In this document: piece by piece, positions 48,901 to 58,798 of the stretch
Position numbering within the stretch: the first letter of the stretch is position 1
How the letters are laid out: every line of letters starts with the position of its first letter
NCBI GenBank assembly: GCA_024704765.1
Contig: JAKMXF010000035.1
Span: forward strand, 1 to 64,000
DNA: 64,000 bases
Reading direction: 5' to 3'
DNA from: Oopsacas minuta
Taxonomy: Eukaryota; Animalia; Porifera
Notes under the pieces: generated by a model
Told to the model about the DNA's origin: nothing
What the model saw: only the letters and a program-made list of their open reading frames with translations
The model's database searches: none
Translations under genes and position numbers: made by a program

Positions 48901-51900
48901 AATTCAGAATTACACAAATACAATGTACCTCGCCGTCCAATAATATTTGGCTTCCTGCGGTCCTGCTATGCTATTTAATAGCAGTAACAACTCAGTTAAA
49001 AGTAATTTAGCTGCAAATGGCCAATTGAATTGCAATTCTTTTGGGAAAATGGTGCTCTGATCTTGGAGGTTCGACTGTAGTTCCAAAATTCAAACGAAAC
49101 AAGAGCTACTTTAGTAGAACTCAGATATGACGAACACTCGGATAATGCGTACTACTCCAATCAAACCAAATATTAGTTCCCATTCATTTTAACACAATCG
49201 GGATCTGGATAAGACCTACAATAGGATAGTACCTATATTAATTGGATGTTTCCCGAAGCTTTCCTTATCAGAGTTCTATAGTATAGAATGTATAGTATAC
49301 GAGTACTTTAGTTCGTCACTTGATAAATTCGTTGTTTTCTACCTTGAAATATAATTGATTTTCTTAAGGCCATATAAAATAATACACTTGTTTATCATCC
49401 CCACCCGCCCCATTTAATCTCCCTCCTCGGCAATTTTTTGTATTTTCATACATATCTTTATTTAATATAAAAATATTCGGAGATGAGCATCTTTGAAACA
49501 AGCTGATTATTCAACACTAGCGCCTTTCGCTTGCTAGGTTGCTGAACAGTGTGGCTAATCATGTAATTTTTGAAAATCCAAAAAAGTGGCAATGGCATCA
49601 TAATTTCGTTAGGTGTGAATTTTCGTCCAAAACTCAAACCTGTCCTAGTCAGGCCCGAATACCCCTCTCTGTATGGCAAAAATCAACCCTGGGGTGTCTT
49701 ACTAAATTTTTATTATTGCTATTTTTATCATTATTATTTAATTGTACAATAATTCAGATTATAGAGAGGAAGTGAATATCAGTTCTCCCAAATATAGTGT
49801 AAGTTTTAAATGAACACCAACGGACCGTACGGTTAAATTTTATTCACCTTTCCGGAGTTCATAAACCGGAGTAATATCCATAGAAGTAAGGTTGTAGGGA
49901 CTTGATTATGTACGAATCTTGTTCGTCTTATCAGAATTCGTATTAACGTATAGTTTAAATAAATCAGTAAAATTACGCTAAGCAAAAAATAAAAATAAAA
50001 TGCAGCCCCCTCGCCCCTATTTCGCAGAAAAAAATGGATGAGAAACAAGCAAAATATTTTACATGGCCTAATGGAGAATATGCGAAATTCCGATTCCAAA
50101 AATGCAGCCAGTTCAGAAGAAAACCGACAGCCTTGTGTAGATGGCTGTTAAGCACCTTAGAATCTATTAAATTTAAAGGTTGTTTAGAAATGGTATCACT
50201 TCTGACCGCTAAATCATAACAGGCCTAATGTAATACAAACCTTCAGAAAATATTCTAAAACTTTCAAAACTACATAATTGTATCCACTTCAACTACGGAC
50301 AAATACATAATTCTATATTACACATGATGGCAGTCTTTTCATTGTTTCTACAACCTTCTATCAAATGTACTCCTATAGTATTGTTTCAATTCATCTCACT
50401 AATCCGAACGAATTATTTTCAAATGTAAAAGTACTGTTCGGATCAAAGAGGGTGTACTGTAATTCGTTGTTCCTCCGTCTATCTAGTATTTTGTTCCTAT
50501 TAAAACATTTGATGCAATAATTCGAAAATCAAGAGGTAAGAAGTGATGTACTCGTAGCATCTAATTGTTGATCCCGTAATAAGTGCAGGTATAGCTTAGA
50601 GTAATAGGATGCTATCCAAGAATAGAATCTGAGTACACAAGATATTGTATTACTTTTACTGTAATTAATCTAACGTAATAGTAATTACATAACATATCTC
50701 CAAGTTACTGCATGATTAGAAGAATGGGTAATATGCACTAGTTTGTAAGGGATACAGTCAAAACACTGAGTCTGTATTACGCACGTGGATAATTCAATAT
50801 AACTCATGGCAGATATTACTAAAACACGCGAAGAAATCTGTGATACCAAAAATTCCTCCCATTAGAAAAGTATCAAGTAAATTTCGTTCTCATACAACGA
50901 CATAGTTTAGGCTATCATGGCATCAGAAGCATATCCATAGATAAAACCTTAAACTTATTCATTACAGTCTCAATCGGCGGGATTATTCATGTTTGTAACA
51001 ATAATGGAGAATATCTTTATCATTTTGGGAGTAAATCTCAGTTAACAAGGTTCGATAACCTTTGGTATAGTTATATATATGATCTGTTGTTCTACGTCAC
51101 AGACTACAGTACAAGAGGGTATCAGTCTGTACACTAGAAGGTGATATTATCACTAGTTTTAATCATTTCGGGAAATACAACTTCGAACGACCAAATGGTC
51201 TATTTTTAGATGAGAGAGAAGATTTGTATATTTGTGATACTAAGAAGAGAGTTGTATTAGGCACTAATGACTGTGTTTGTATAAAGACAATAGGGAAAGG
51301 ACATCTATCATGTCCACATAGTGTCAAAGTATACGACAACACTCTCTTTATACTGGATAGATTGAAAATAGCAATGTTCTTATTAAATGGAGAATATCAA
51401 GGATGTATTGACTTGGATGTGTCATTATCTGCTTTTTATTTCGAGATTGGAGAGGATAGAGAAATATTTATCTACGATAACATCCAAGGTAATATTCATC
51501 TATTGGATTCAAATGGTACATTCATATGGTCAACGAACTCTGGAAAGAAAGATAAGAAAATTCTACCTTGTATAGTCAAACAGTCAAAGACTCAGATAAT
51601 AGTCGTCCGCGCATATTGGTAGATGAAAGGTGGATTTGAATTATACGCAATAAGGTAATTAGTAGCTATAAGATACTAAACAGAGACCATGCTATTTCCA
51701 TGCTATTTCCTGCTATTTTCCATGCTATTTTCCATGCTATTTTCCATGCATATGTAATAATGATGCTCTGGTATATTTCTTTATTGATAAATAATAATTA
51801 ATTCAATATTACTTCAATCAATGATATGTATAATGTATAATTGCCTAACTGTACACTTCCCAAACTTTACCAATTCTAACACATTCCCTGGACCCCTTCC

Positions 51901-54578
51901 CATAGGCTGCAATACAAATCTTGAGATCATGTGAAACCCTGCTCTCGTCTGTGATCACAAAGGGGTCCATGCACCCAGGTTTGGAACCACTGACCTAACT
52001 GATAAAGCAGCGGTTCCCAATCATTTTCACCCGTGTACCTCTATACAAATTTAACACGTTCTCTAGATTTATTCTAGGATACATCAGGTCATAATGGCCT
52101 TTATAAGAGGACTAACCTCTTTCTTCAACAGCTCGCTTTCCTCCAAACAAATCATCTACAAATCTGCTCCTATCACTACCAAATGCCACACTCTGGTCCT
52201 GTAGGTCACATTCACCCCCTGATCACAAATAGGACATTAAGGGGATGGTAATAGAAGTGTCAGCCATTATAGTTTATTGTACAGGCCTTACTCATTATTT
52301 ACAGCCTCATCTAGAACTTTGCCCACTAGATTGTATTTGTGACACCCCCAGAATTTAAAGCCACAGGAAGTTATTATAGTTATATCCAACTAGAAATTTA
52401 TGGATTAGCCAATATGCGAATATTGGAGGAACTGGTATGGTACGAATACTATCACCAATTCCCGATATTCAAATCAGGAGAATAATGGCTTAATATACAT
52501 ACCTAGAATTCTCATTGCATTAACTAACCTAGCTGAATGAGTTCCTGAATGATCCAAATCTGGTACTCTGTAAGTCCATCCCCCGTATAACTTACTAGTT
52601 CCCTTCTTCCTGATATAGCTGTGTAAACGGAGAGAGAAAGAGCTTGCTACTGCCTTCTTCAATAGCAACACTTGTTTATGTTCATCAACTGGATAACTGA
52701 CTTTACTATAGGAGACATGATATAGTACTTGTATAATATATATTACATTAGAAAACATGATTACATAACTTGTTACTTTTGATCTAAGAAATTGAAAGAA
52801 TCTGGAACATCGGAAGCAATTTAAAAGCGGTCAAATCAGCCCAAAGAGTTGTTAGTCAAGAGATAAGTGGTTGGACAATTGTCTGACCTGCCTGACCGGT
52901 TCGGCTGGCCTTGCTCTACGTATAATACTTCATTTGAAATAGTTATACTTGTATGAATCTCACAATCATCAAGTATTGTATAATAGTTCTATAATGTTAT
53001 CCTTTGCCATGAACAATTCGAGAACTACTGCTTTCATGAAAACTATTTATTGCTAGAATCAGCTTAATAAATACAGTGGAACATCGAGAATACCAACTGA
53101 CAGCCAAAATTGTTCGCATTAACAGAAGTTCGTATTATCAGGAGTAATAGTGTAATGGGTATTAACTGGTATTAACTGGTATTAACTGGTATTAACTGGT
53201 ATTAACGATGTCTCATTGTAATGAATATACGGAATAAGTCTTCATTGGAAGTCACGTTTTAACCAACTTAGCATAAAAACATAATATAATACTAGCTTTC
53301 CAAAGAAGTAGAGTTACCTTATTAGCCCGTCTTGTCGCTGATAGAAAGAGAACCACTGAGAGAGGTTCATCGCATGGTCTATAATCTCCTCACCATGCTC
53401 TCTGGCTTGTATGCTGAACAGACTTGAATTAGTGAGTCTAACATGTACAGAGGTACAGTTCAGAGCTCCTAATAATTCTTCTCTTATCGACAAGCCTTCG
53501 TCTTCTACACATTGACTCACTGCATAGCCGGAGAGGAAAACTGTTGCACTGAAGTGAAACGTGTCTACCTCCTTCAAGACTATCTAAGAAATCAAAAGAA
53601 TATTATCATAACACAGTAAACTCTCGTGTTACAAAATACTCGGGATGGATGTTTTTTCTATCACTGAGACGTGCTAAAGATAGTCCGAATCTTCCAGCAG
53701 ATTTCTGAAAAACGTAACACGGAAATACTTCAAGTGTTACATATACTAGAACTATTCCCCAGATACAGATATATATGTAGCTAACGTATTCCCCAGATAC
53801 AGAATATATGTAGCTACCGTATTCCCCAGATACAGATATATTTGTAGCTAACATATTCCCCAGATACAGATATATATGTAGCTAACGTATTCCCCAGATA
53901 CAGATATATATGTAGCTAACGTATTCCCCAGATACAGATATATATGTAGCTAACGTATTCCCCAGATACAGACATATATGTAGCTAACGTATTCCCCAGA
54001 TACAGACATATATGTAGTTACCGTATTTCAATTTTACAGACACTATATATATGTATTTCCATTAAACAGCTAAAGTAATTCCTGTACATAATGTACGAGT
54101 CATATAAGACAGTCATCGCCTGTACTCATATTTGTATTCCTGGTCTATTTCTAACAAGTTTTAACATAAATACGTATATCATAAACAACAAATGATAACA
54201 AGCTATTGTTTACTCTCTGCTATTTCCATAGAATCTTTCAATGTATTATCACCGAGGGTAGGAGTAGATTTTGTAAAGTTGTATATGATAAAAAGGCTGC
54301 AAACATATGCAAATAGCATTCATATTTGTTTGCAGTAGAATTGAATATAATTTAATCTTTTTGAGAAATTTAGAACATTTCTAAAGATTGCATAGTAAGG
54401 TTTAGTTCGTGTTAGCGAGGGTTTACTGCGATACATTACCACTCACCTCTGCAGAGTATGTATATTCATACTGTGAGCCTACTGAGAAGGTAGTAGGTGT
54501 GTTGTCTGTATCAGCATCAGCTACCTTCACACTAACTAGCAGTAGCAGCAGAAAGGAGATAGACTGCTGCAGGAACAT
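15823..54578 (-). CDS. Giant (~5,100 aa) type-I membrane protein: signal peptide, vitellogenin/LLTP-like N-domain, M23/LECT2-like fold, PAN, ~15 FN3/Ig-like repeats, EGF repeats, TM; spliced, four frameshifts
   Basis: Exons with GT-AG ends: 54578-54447, 53583-53318, 52705-~52502, ~52218-52117, 46488-46247, (unresolved 45.8-46.0 kb), ~45185-44723, 43595-43388, 42794-37949, 37337-37022, 35937-35765, 34507-33852, 33349-33200, 32558-32104, 31616-31350, 30777-30435, 29600-24406, 21455-21134, 20467-20260, 20078-19832, 19754-19405, 15943-15823. Phases fit at nearly all junctions from 44723 downward; the 52.1-52.7 and 45-46 kb junctions are uncertain. Confidence 0.8.
16170..16760 (-). mobile_element. 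Dispersed repeat family F (Helitron-like CTAGT end); other copies at 36125-36625 (opposite orientation) and 49515-49700 (partial)
   Basis: Shared blocks TCGCTTGCTAGGTCGC, TGACGTCAGGA.ATTTGTCACATTGAGG and GTGTGAATTTT. Confidence 0.6.
16832..17970 (+). pseudogene. Coiled-coil + NHL pseudogene nested antisense in the last intron of the giant gene
   Basis: ATG at 16832 has TAG at codon 4. There are at least three frameshifts in the coiled coil and one at ~17520; NHL repeats lie in ORFs 17090-17536 and 17557-17970. Confidence 0.8.
18279..18593. mobile_element. 315-bp hAT MITE inserted into a family A repeat
   Basis: TIR CAGAGCATTAA / TTAATGTTCTG and a perfect 8-bp TSD AAAATTTC (18271-18278 and 18594-18601). 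Confidence 0.85.
18787..19294. mobile_element. Tc1/mariner-type MITE, family D copy
   Basis: Termini CAGTTCAACCTCTATAAG / CTTATAGAGGTTCTA; same family as 29870-30244 and 56743-57102. Confidence 0.6.
19405..20078 (-). CDS. EGF-like repeats and transmembrane exons of the giant gene
   Basis: KPCLNNATC|GPAVDPEC...YSCNCTPAW...C; [32 protein letters not shown]; then [28 protein letters not shown] followed by KKK. Confidence 0.85.
21968..22067 (+). repeat. (ACAT)25 microsatellite
   Basis: Read directly from the sequence; it is the source of the spurious MYVC/HTYI ORFs. Confidence 0.95.
22359..23447 (+). CDS. Intronless multi-pass (about 7 TM) receptor-like protein, nested antisense in an intron of the giant gene
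   Basis: The first ATG at 22359 gives 362 aa (the track starts at a TTG). About seven hydrophobic segments are present, and [11 protein letters not shown] at the end of the third resembles the class A GPCR DRY region. Confidence 0.75.
   Translation: MISALTVCILILAWLVYFIILCYRHYKYYLICKQTPNLHPIYSDVQALSQQRKLYNLKTHITKYVLSIVCSFVEIFNFIWLFIWKFLKTEIPKSNNSTYAISFETSFPNCTLTHLHVDIYFNYIYMADINIICLLLTFFLLSIISRYLVVRYLNHPLKRILTKYTIWLVVQLTCVIICSSIYTLIIGYLLFPVLIVISWIIFIRDSFILSRVIRSKITEIKLFSDNSHFYRDQLATYKFYMMFRILLFVSTFFLSISIYIQYLSLKLLDVVTHRFCFLSLAYNIDVPNYLYFHIRAQNWVTITLQTLCSVTSLIYVLSLAVPLCIVTIAPIVHQCIKRWRDNGYDYVYNYEKLNIVNGYRRW
23985..24150 (+). repeat. Dispersed repeat family A; other copies at 18256-18710 (interrupted), 35038-35130 and 48705-48860, and a hairpin fragment at 2750-2799
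   Basis: Shared core GTCAGGTGCACAACTAGATGTCACTACGAGTACACATGCCAAATTTGGTGTCTTAATCTCTAAAGGTGTGAACAG. Confidence 0.8.
24179..24353. mobile_element. Pogo/Tc1-like MITE
   Basis: Left end GAACCTGGTTAATACGAA; right end TTCGTATTAACGAGGTTCTACTG followed by TA. Confidence 0.55.
24406..29600 (-). CDS. 5.2-kb uninterrupted exon of the giant gene (FN3/Ig-like repeats)
   Basis: 1697-aa ORF with recurring D.TPP..G.V.DG / W..F.D.ES.I..Y...+G motifs; acceptor at 29601 and donor CAG|GTAACT at 24405. Confidence 0.9.
29870..30244. mobile_element. Tc1/mariner-type MITE, family D (375 bp)
   Basis: TA-flanked TIRs CAGTGCAGCCTCTATAAGTG / CACTTATAGAGGTTCTACTG. Confidence 0.75.
30897..31285 (+). mobile_element. Helitron-like family B copy 2
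   Basis: 5' TCTCTATATATAAAC, 3' CTAGT at 31281-31285, and similarity to 7254-7853. Confidence 0.6.
34708..34882. mobile_element. ~175-bp MITE with ~35-bp imperfect TIRs
   Basis: GTTTGTCTAACGGGCGATGATCGTTCGGAACGATG versus CATCGTTCGGAACGATCATCTCCCGTAGACAAAC. Confidence 0.65.
36125..36625 (+). mobile_element. Repeat family F copy
   Basis: Reverse-complement similarity to 16170-16760; ends GACCTAGCAAGTGAATCGCGCTAGT. Confidence 0.6.
37949..42794 (-). CDS. 4.85-kb exon of the giant gene (helical region, M23-like fold, PAN domain), frameshifted at ~42409 and ~41238
   Basis: ORFs 42396-42944, 41234-42394 and 37929-41198 join by single-base corrections (LGYLG|VTFDVFRAR; DNQV|VIFPTGSF). PAN signature: [27 protein letters not shown]. 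Confidence 0.8.
43388..45185 (-). CDS. Giant-gene exons encoding the alpha-helical part of the vitellogenin-like domain
   Basis: AVMDALGMC..., [15 protein letters not shown]..., [23 protein letters not shown]...[13 protein letters not shown], which matches the lipovitellin superhelix pattern L.ALG...ALGNAG...R..A..AL. Confidence 0.7.
43622..43949 (+). mobile_element. Helitron-like family B copy 3
   Basis: Same blocks as copies 1 and 2; ends GCAGCTAAT. Confidence 0.6.
45620..45740 (+). repeat. ~120-bp dispersed repeat also present at 63155-63280
   Basis: GAGATCAGGTCAATA.TAGGTCGGAATATAATCATACGTATGT.GCAAAGAAATACAAG at both sites. Confidence 0.7.
47107..47933. mobile_element. Tc1-like non-autonomous element (~830 bp)
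   Basis: TA-flanked imperfect TIRs ...CCTGGCCAAAAGTATTGGAACAC / GTGTTCCGATACTTTTGGCCAGGCAGTG; an internal piece (47760-47870) recurs at 54150-54255. Confidence 0.7.
50880..51622 (+). pseudogene. Divergent NHL-repeat pseudogene nested antisense in an intron of the giant gene
   Basis: [37 protein letters not shown]...FYVTDYS, then a 1-bp deletion at ~51110, then [12 protein letters not shown]...[22 protein letters not shown]...CPHSVKV. The start region is also disrupted. Confidence 0.65.
53753..54023 (+). repeat. Minisatellite, 8 x 34 bp, in intron 1 of the giant gene
   Basis: Unit TATTCCCCAGATACAGATATATATGTAGCTAACG with few variants and no spacers. Confidence 0.9.
54447..54578 (-). CDS. Exon 1 of the giant gene: signal peptide and start of the vitellogenin-like domain
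   Basis: [44 protein letters not shown]|gtgagt. The F..G..Y.Y.Y pattern opens LLTP (Vitellogenin_N) domains. This frame is not in the ORF track. Confidence 0.75.
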
Positions 54579-56029
54579 TCAAATGTAATTGTGTAGTGGG
54601 TACTTGTACGAAGCTTTCTGTATAATCTAATAAATATGTATTATATCTTATTGGATTTATCTTCCAACTTATACTTAAGATTGGACTTGGGAAGCCATTA
54701 ACCTTCACAACTAAAAGATTTCCCAAAAATGAGAAATATGCAAAATCAGATAATACAAATAATGAATATGTTCTTAATCGCTATGGAAATAATTATTGAT
54801 TCCTGTATTCTGTTTATAGATTTTAGTAACAAAAAATCAATCGATCATTTGAAAATGATTTGAGAAATGAAATCCACAAGTCTGTCAGTCACAATTTGGT
54901 TCTGTTGGATTGTTGGATGGGTCAGACAATCCAACAGATTGATCGGTCCCCCCTCGGTAGGCCACTGTATAGCAACTTCCTCAACGACTGTTTATTCACT
55001 GATATTTGATTTATATAATATCTCATAGGGATACTTTATCGTAACCGGCGTTCAAATCACTCTAAACACATCGAAAACACAGTTTTATCGCTGTGGAATT
55101 CATACAAGTAATAGATGTACCAAAAATTAATCCAAAAGCGATATTTATTCAAATATCTCAAAATAGTAAAAAGACTTGCTTTAAGTAATTCTAGTAATAA
55201 TTGTTATAATAAGAGTAGTGTCTATATTTCAATACAAAAATCTGCCAACGGCAGATATGTCCAAGGACTAACTTGATCCCCTAAGCATACATATATCAAC
55301 TTACAATCTGATCGAATAACAAATTTTAGTCTAACAACTACCACAGAAATAGTCAGCCAATATTTGTAGTTAAAGCTACATTTGTGTTCTATTTGCTAGG
55401 ATAAATCAAAAAAATATACTTTCCTAATACAAGTTATTGCTATAAATGCTAGTCACTTCGGATGTATGCATATACTAACAAATATGAAGGAAAGTATTCC
55501 CAGTATGAAATCATGAAAATTGTAAGGAAGCTGTACTAAATGTAAAGCTGAGACCAGTTACTCACGCCTTGCAGATCTCTAAAGATGTGTGATGACAGAG
55601 GAAGAGATAACATACAAGTAACACATCCTTTATTGGTATGTATACTAGACTAGAATACTTGTAACTTGTATGTATTTAACAACACATATTACATAAATAT
55701 CTTATATGAGCTAATTAACCTTAATTTACCCACTTAAAGGAGGTCTGTAGAATTCCTTTTCGTTAGGGTCATAACACTTCGGATATAATCGGTTAAAGGA
55801 GGTCTGTGAAGATAAAATCAATTCTATTCCAGCACTCAAATCGAGATTATAAAATATATCCATGACTAAAATCACTGATGAATCGAGTCATCTGCGTGGC
55901 TTGTGAAGTGTCCTGAATGAATTCAAGTGCTAGCCTAACCAGAAAGGCAAATGTATGGTGTTCTGTAACGTTTACTATCGTCCTGGATGGAACAATCATG
56001 GCCGACATCAATTATAAGCAATAGCCTAA

Positions 56030-56725
56030 TTCTATAATATTAAATCTCAACGATTGTTTGTCGGTTGTCAAGGAAAGGATTCACGGTATGCAATTTTGAA
56101 ATTGTAGCATAACTATGTAGTTATTGTGTTTATCAAGGAAGTAAATAGAATTCAATAAAACTTCACTAAATATATGAAACATGCTGAATCCGATTATCAC
56201 ACTTTTGGATTAATCATATGTAAATTTATTGTTGTTTTTATGAATATAAAGTAAACAAATAAGCAAAATCTCAGAATAAATGTACTGGCTTGCTCTAAGC
56301 GGCTACATAGGGGTAACACAATACACTGAACCAGAATATCGCATTTTCAACTTTCTCATATGTAAATTCATTGTTGTTTTTGAAATATAAAGTAAACAAA
56401 TTTCAATATTGCATATATTGTTGTAGAATCATACTTTCAACGACAATACTGAGGTAATCGAGTATGTTGGGTCCGAATATGGTATTGTAAACAACATGTT
56501 GTGAATATTTGTTTACTTTTAGGTACATAAAGTAAACAAATTTCCAAATTATGGTAGAAACACGCTTATCCTGGGGTAATCAGTATGCTGAGTAGGAATA
56601 CTGTAAACAACATTAATCTAAGTAAACCTCAATGTTGTTTGTCTGTTTGTTTGTCCGTTGAATACCTCGAGGCGTAATGCTCCGAGTTCATCGCGAAGCG
56701 ACGAACCAAAGGCGCGTCCTATAAA
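56030..56725 (+). repeat. Repeat family C; second copy at 57555-57950
   Basis: Shared AAGGAAAGGATT..GGTATGCAATTTTGAAATT..., GCTGAATCCGATT.TCACAC and GAATACCTCGAGGCG.AATGC.CCGAGTTCATCGCGAAGC. Confidence 0.75.
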
Positions 56726-56742
56726 GATTCAATACAGCATAT

Positions 56743-57102
56743 AGCGCAACCTCTATAAGAAGGCAATTTTAGTCTATATTCATTCATTTTCATAGAAACG
56801 AATCTCTATAAGTGGAGGAGAGGGGAATGGGGTATACTATAAAGGAAATTCTCTCATCAATGAAATTAGTTCTATAAATGGGAATTATTAGATAATATTA
56901 ATGAATATTCAATTCTTGTGCTAAATTTAGAAAAAACTGGTTTCAGAGAGGATTTCTTACTAATTTGGATATTCACCATAATCCTTAAGTTGAAATAACA
57001 GTCGTTGGAGGAAGTGACTATACACATTAAATTTAATGTGGAATGAAGAGGTCATCATGACATTCACCGGCACGATTACCCTCACTTATAGAGGTTGTAC
57101 TG
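56743..57102. mobile_element. Tc1/mariner-type MITE, family D copy
   Basis: GCAACCTCTATAAG ... CACTTATAGAGGTTGTACTG followed by TA. Confidence 0.65.
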
Positions 57103-57961
57103 TAGATATCTATTCCAAAGACACAATCCTACAACCCCAGATAGTTAGACATCAGAACAACATCTGAGATTAAGTCTGAAGTTAATCTAAGGTAAATTTC
57201 ATCACAAACCTCAAATAACGAATTATACACACACAACGATCAAATATCATTAATTGATTAGATAGAAGATTAGACATCGCTACAAGATACATCCAGGAGA
57301 TACGAACACATAGGCACTGGATAGAGTCCGCCATGACTTGTTTAAGTTATCGTCTCCGGAACACATACAATGCTGTTCAGGATTAATCTTAGTATAATAT
57401 GGAACTAAATACTTATAATACATTATGGAACTAAAATTGATGTAAATTTATATAAGAACTGAGTTCATATTAACTTTTAGATTTATATCAAGTAACAAAA
57501 GAATTAGTATTAAACTATTCTTAGAAGAGTTATAGCTAATACGAGTATACATTGTAAAAGATAAACAAATTCTGTTTGTTTGTCTGTTGTTAAGGAAAGG
57601 ATTTATGGTATGCAATTTTGAAATTATAGCACAACTATGTATTTATCGTGTTTATCAAGGAATTAAATAGAATTAAATGAAACTTCACCAAATATATCGA
57701 ACATGCTGAATCCGATTTTCACACTTTGGATTAATCATATGTAAATCTATTGTTGTTTTTATGAATATAAAGTATACAAATTTTCAAAATTGATAGAACC
57801 ATACTTTCAACGACTATACTGAGTTAATGAGGTATGCTAAGTCTGCATATTGTAAACAACATCACTAAATCTCAATTGTTGTTTGTTTGTCTGTTGAATA
57901 CCTCGAGGCGAAATGCGCCGAGTTCATCGCGAAGCAACCAGCCAAAGGCTCATTATATTAA

Positions 57962-58626
57962 ATATCTTTACAGATATTATAGAACTAATTAGGACAAAGT
58001 TCTTGTAATTAACATTTCATTCTTTAAACTGTTACTACAGTATTAAATTACACAATTTAGTTCCATTATCCAACCTATTTGTTATGTTGGGTAAGGGCTT
58101 GGGTCCGTCCTTCTTTCGCTATGAATAAGACACAGTGTCACTAAGGGGTACACTATAGATACACATATAATAGACAGTAGTGGTTAGAGGATTGAGACAG
58201 CTATTCAACTGCGTACATGGAATATGTATTCCCCTGTATATACTTGTGTATTTACTGTTATGATAAATACACATAATATAAATCCATACGGATAATATTA
58301 GAGATATATTAACGTGTTAATAGAGATCTTAATCGAGGAAATACAGTATATGTAAATTAGGTGTTAAGAATAGTTCCGCAACTTCTTCTTGACTTGATTA
58401 TACTTTCAAATACATTTTAGACAAATGTGTTTATTCCATCGCTTTTGATTGTACACATGAAAACGTCTGAGGCACGACTAACGAGAGCAATTGAACTAGA
58501 GTCTACACTATGTTTAATAGGAACCAAATTGTATTACTTACATACTGTAGTTACAGTTTAAAGAATGGAATGTTAATTACAAGAAACTTGTCCTAATTAG
58601 TTCTATAATAATATCTGTAAAGATAT
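57962..58626. mobile_element. Fold-back element with ~80-bp inverted arms, upstream of NHL copy 1; partially duplicated at 62680-63105
   Basis: 57962-58042 (ATATCTTTACAGATATTATAGAACTAATTAGGACAAAG...) is the near reverse complement of 58549-58626. Confidence 0.7.
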
Positions 58627-58798
58627 TTAATGTAATTATAATTTGTGTATTCTTGTATTAGCTATAACTCTTCTAAGAATAGTTTAATACTAATTCTATT
58701 GAAACTTGATATAAATCTAAAAGTTAATATGAACTCAGTTCTTATATAAATTTACTGAAAAGATTGTTATGTATCAATTGGAACTGAGCTAAAATATT

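Noticed and set aside
47046-50150. TTAACAGCCAT inverted match suggesting a 3-kb piggyBac-like element
   Set aside because: Only 11 bp match and there is no transposase remnant.
52290-52400. Possible extra exon ([12 protein letters not shown]...) of the giant gene
   Set aside because: Splice phases could not be reconciled with both neighbouring exons; left unresolved.
53753-54023. CRISPR-like 34-bp repeats
   Set aside because: Head-to-tail units with no spacers, no cas genes, and an intronic eukaryotic context.
54532-54726. 64-aa ORF from the track
   Set aside because: Wrong frame; the real exon 1 starts at ATG 54578.
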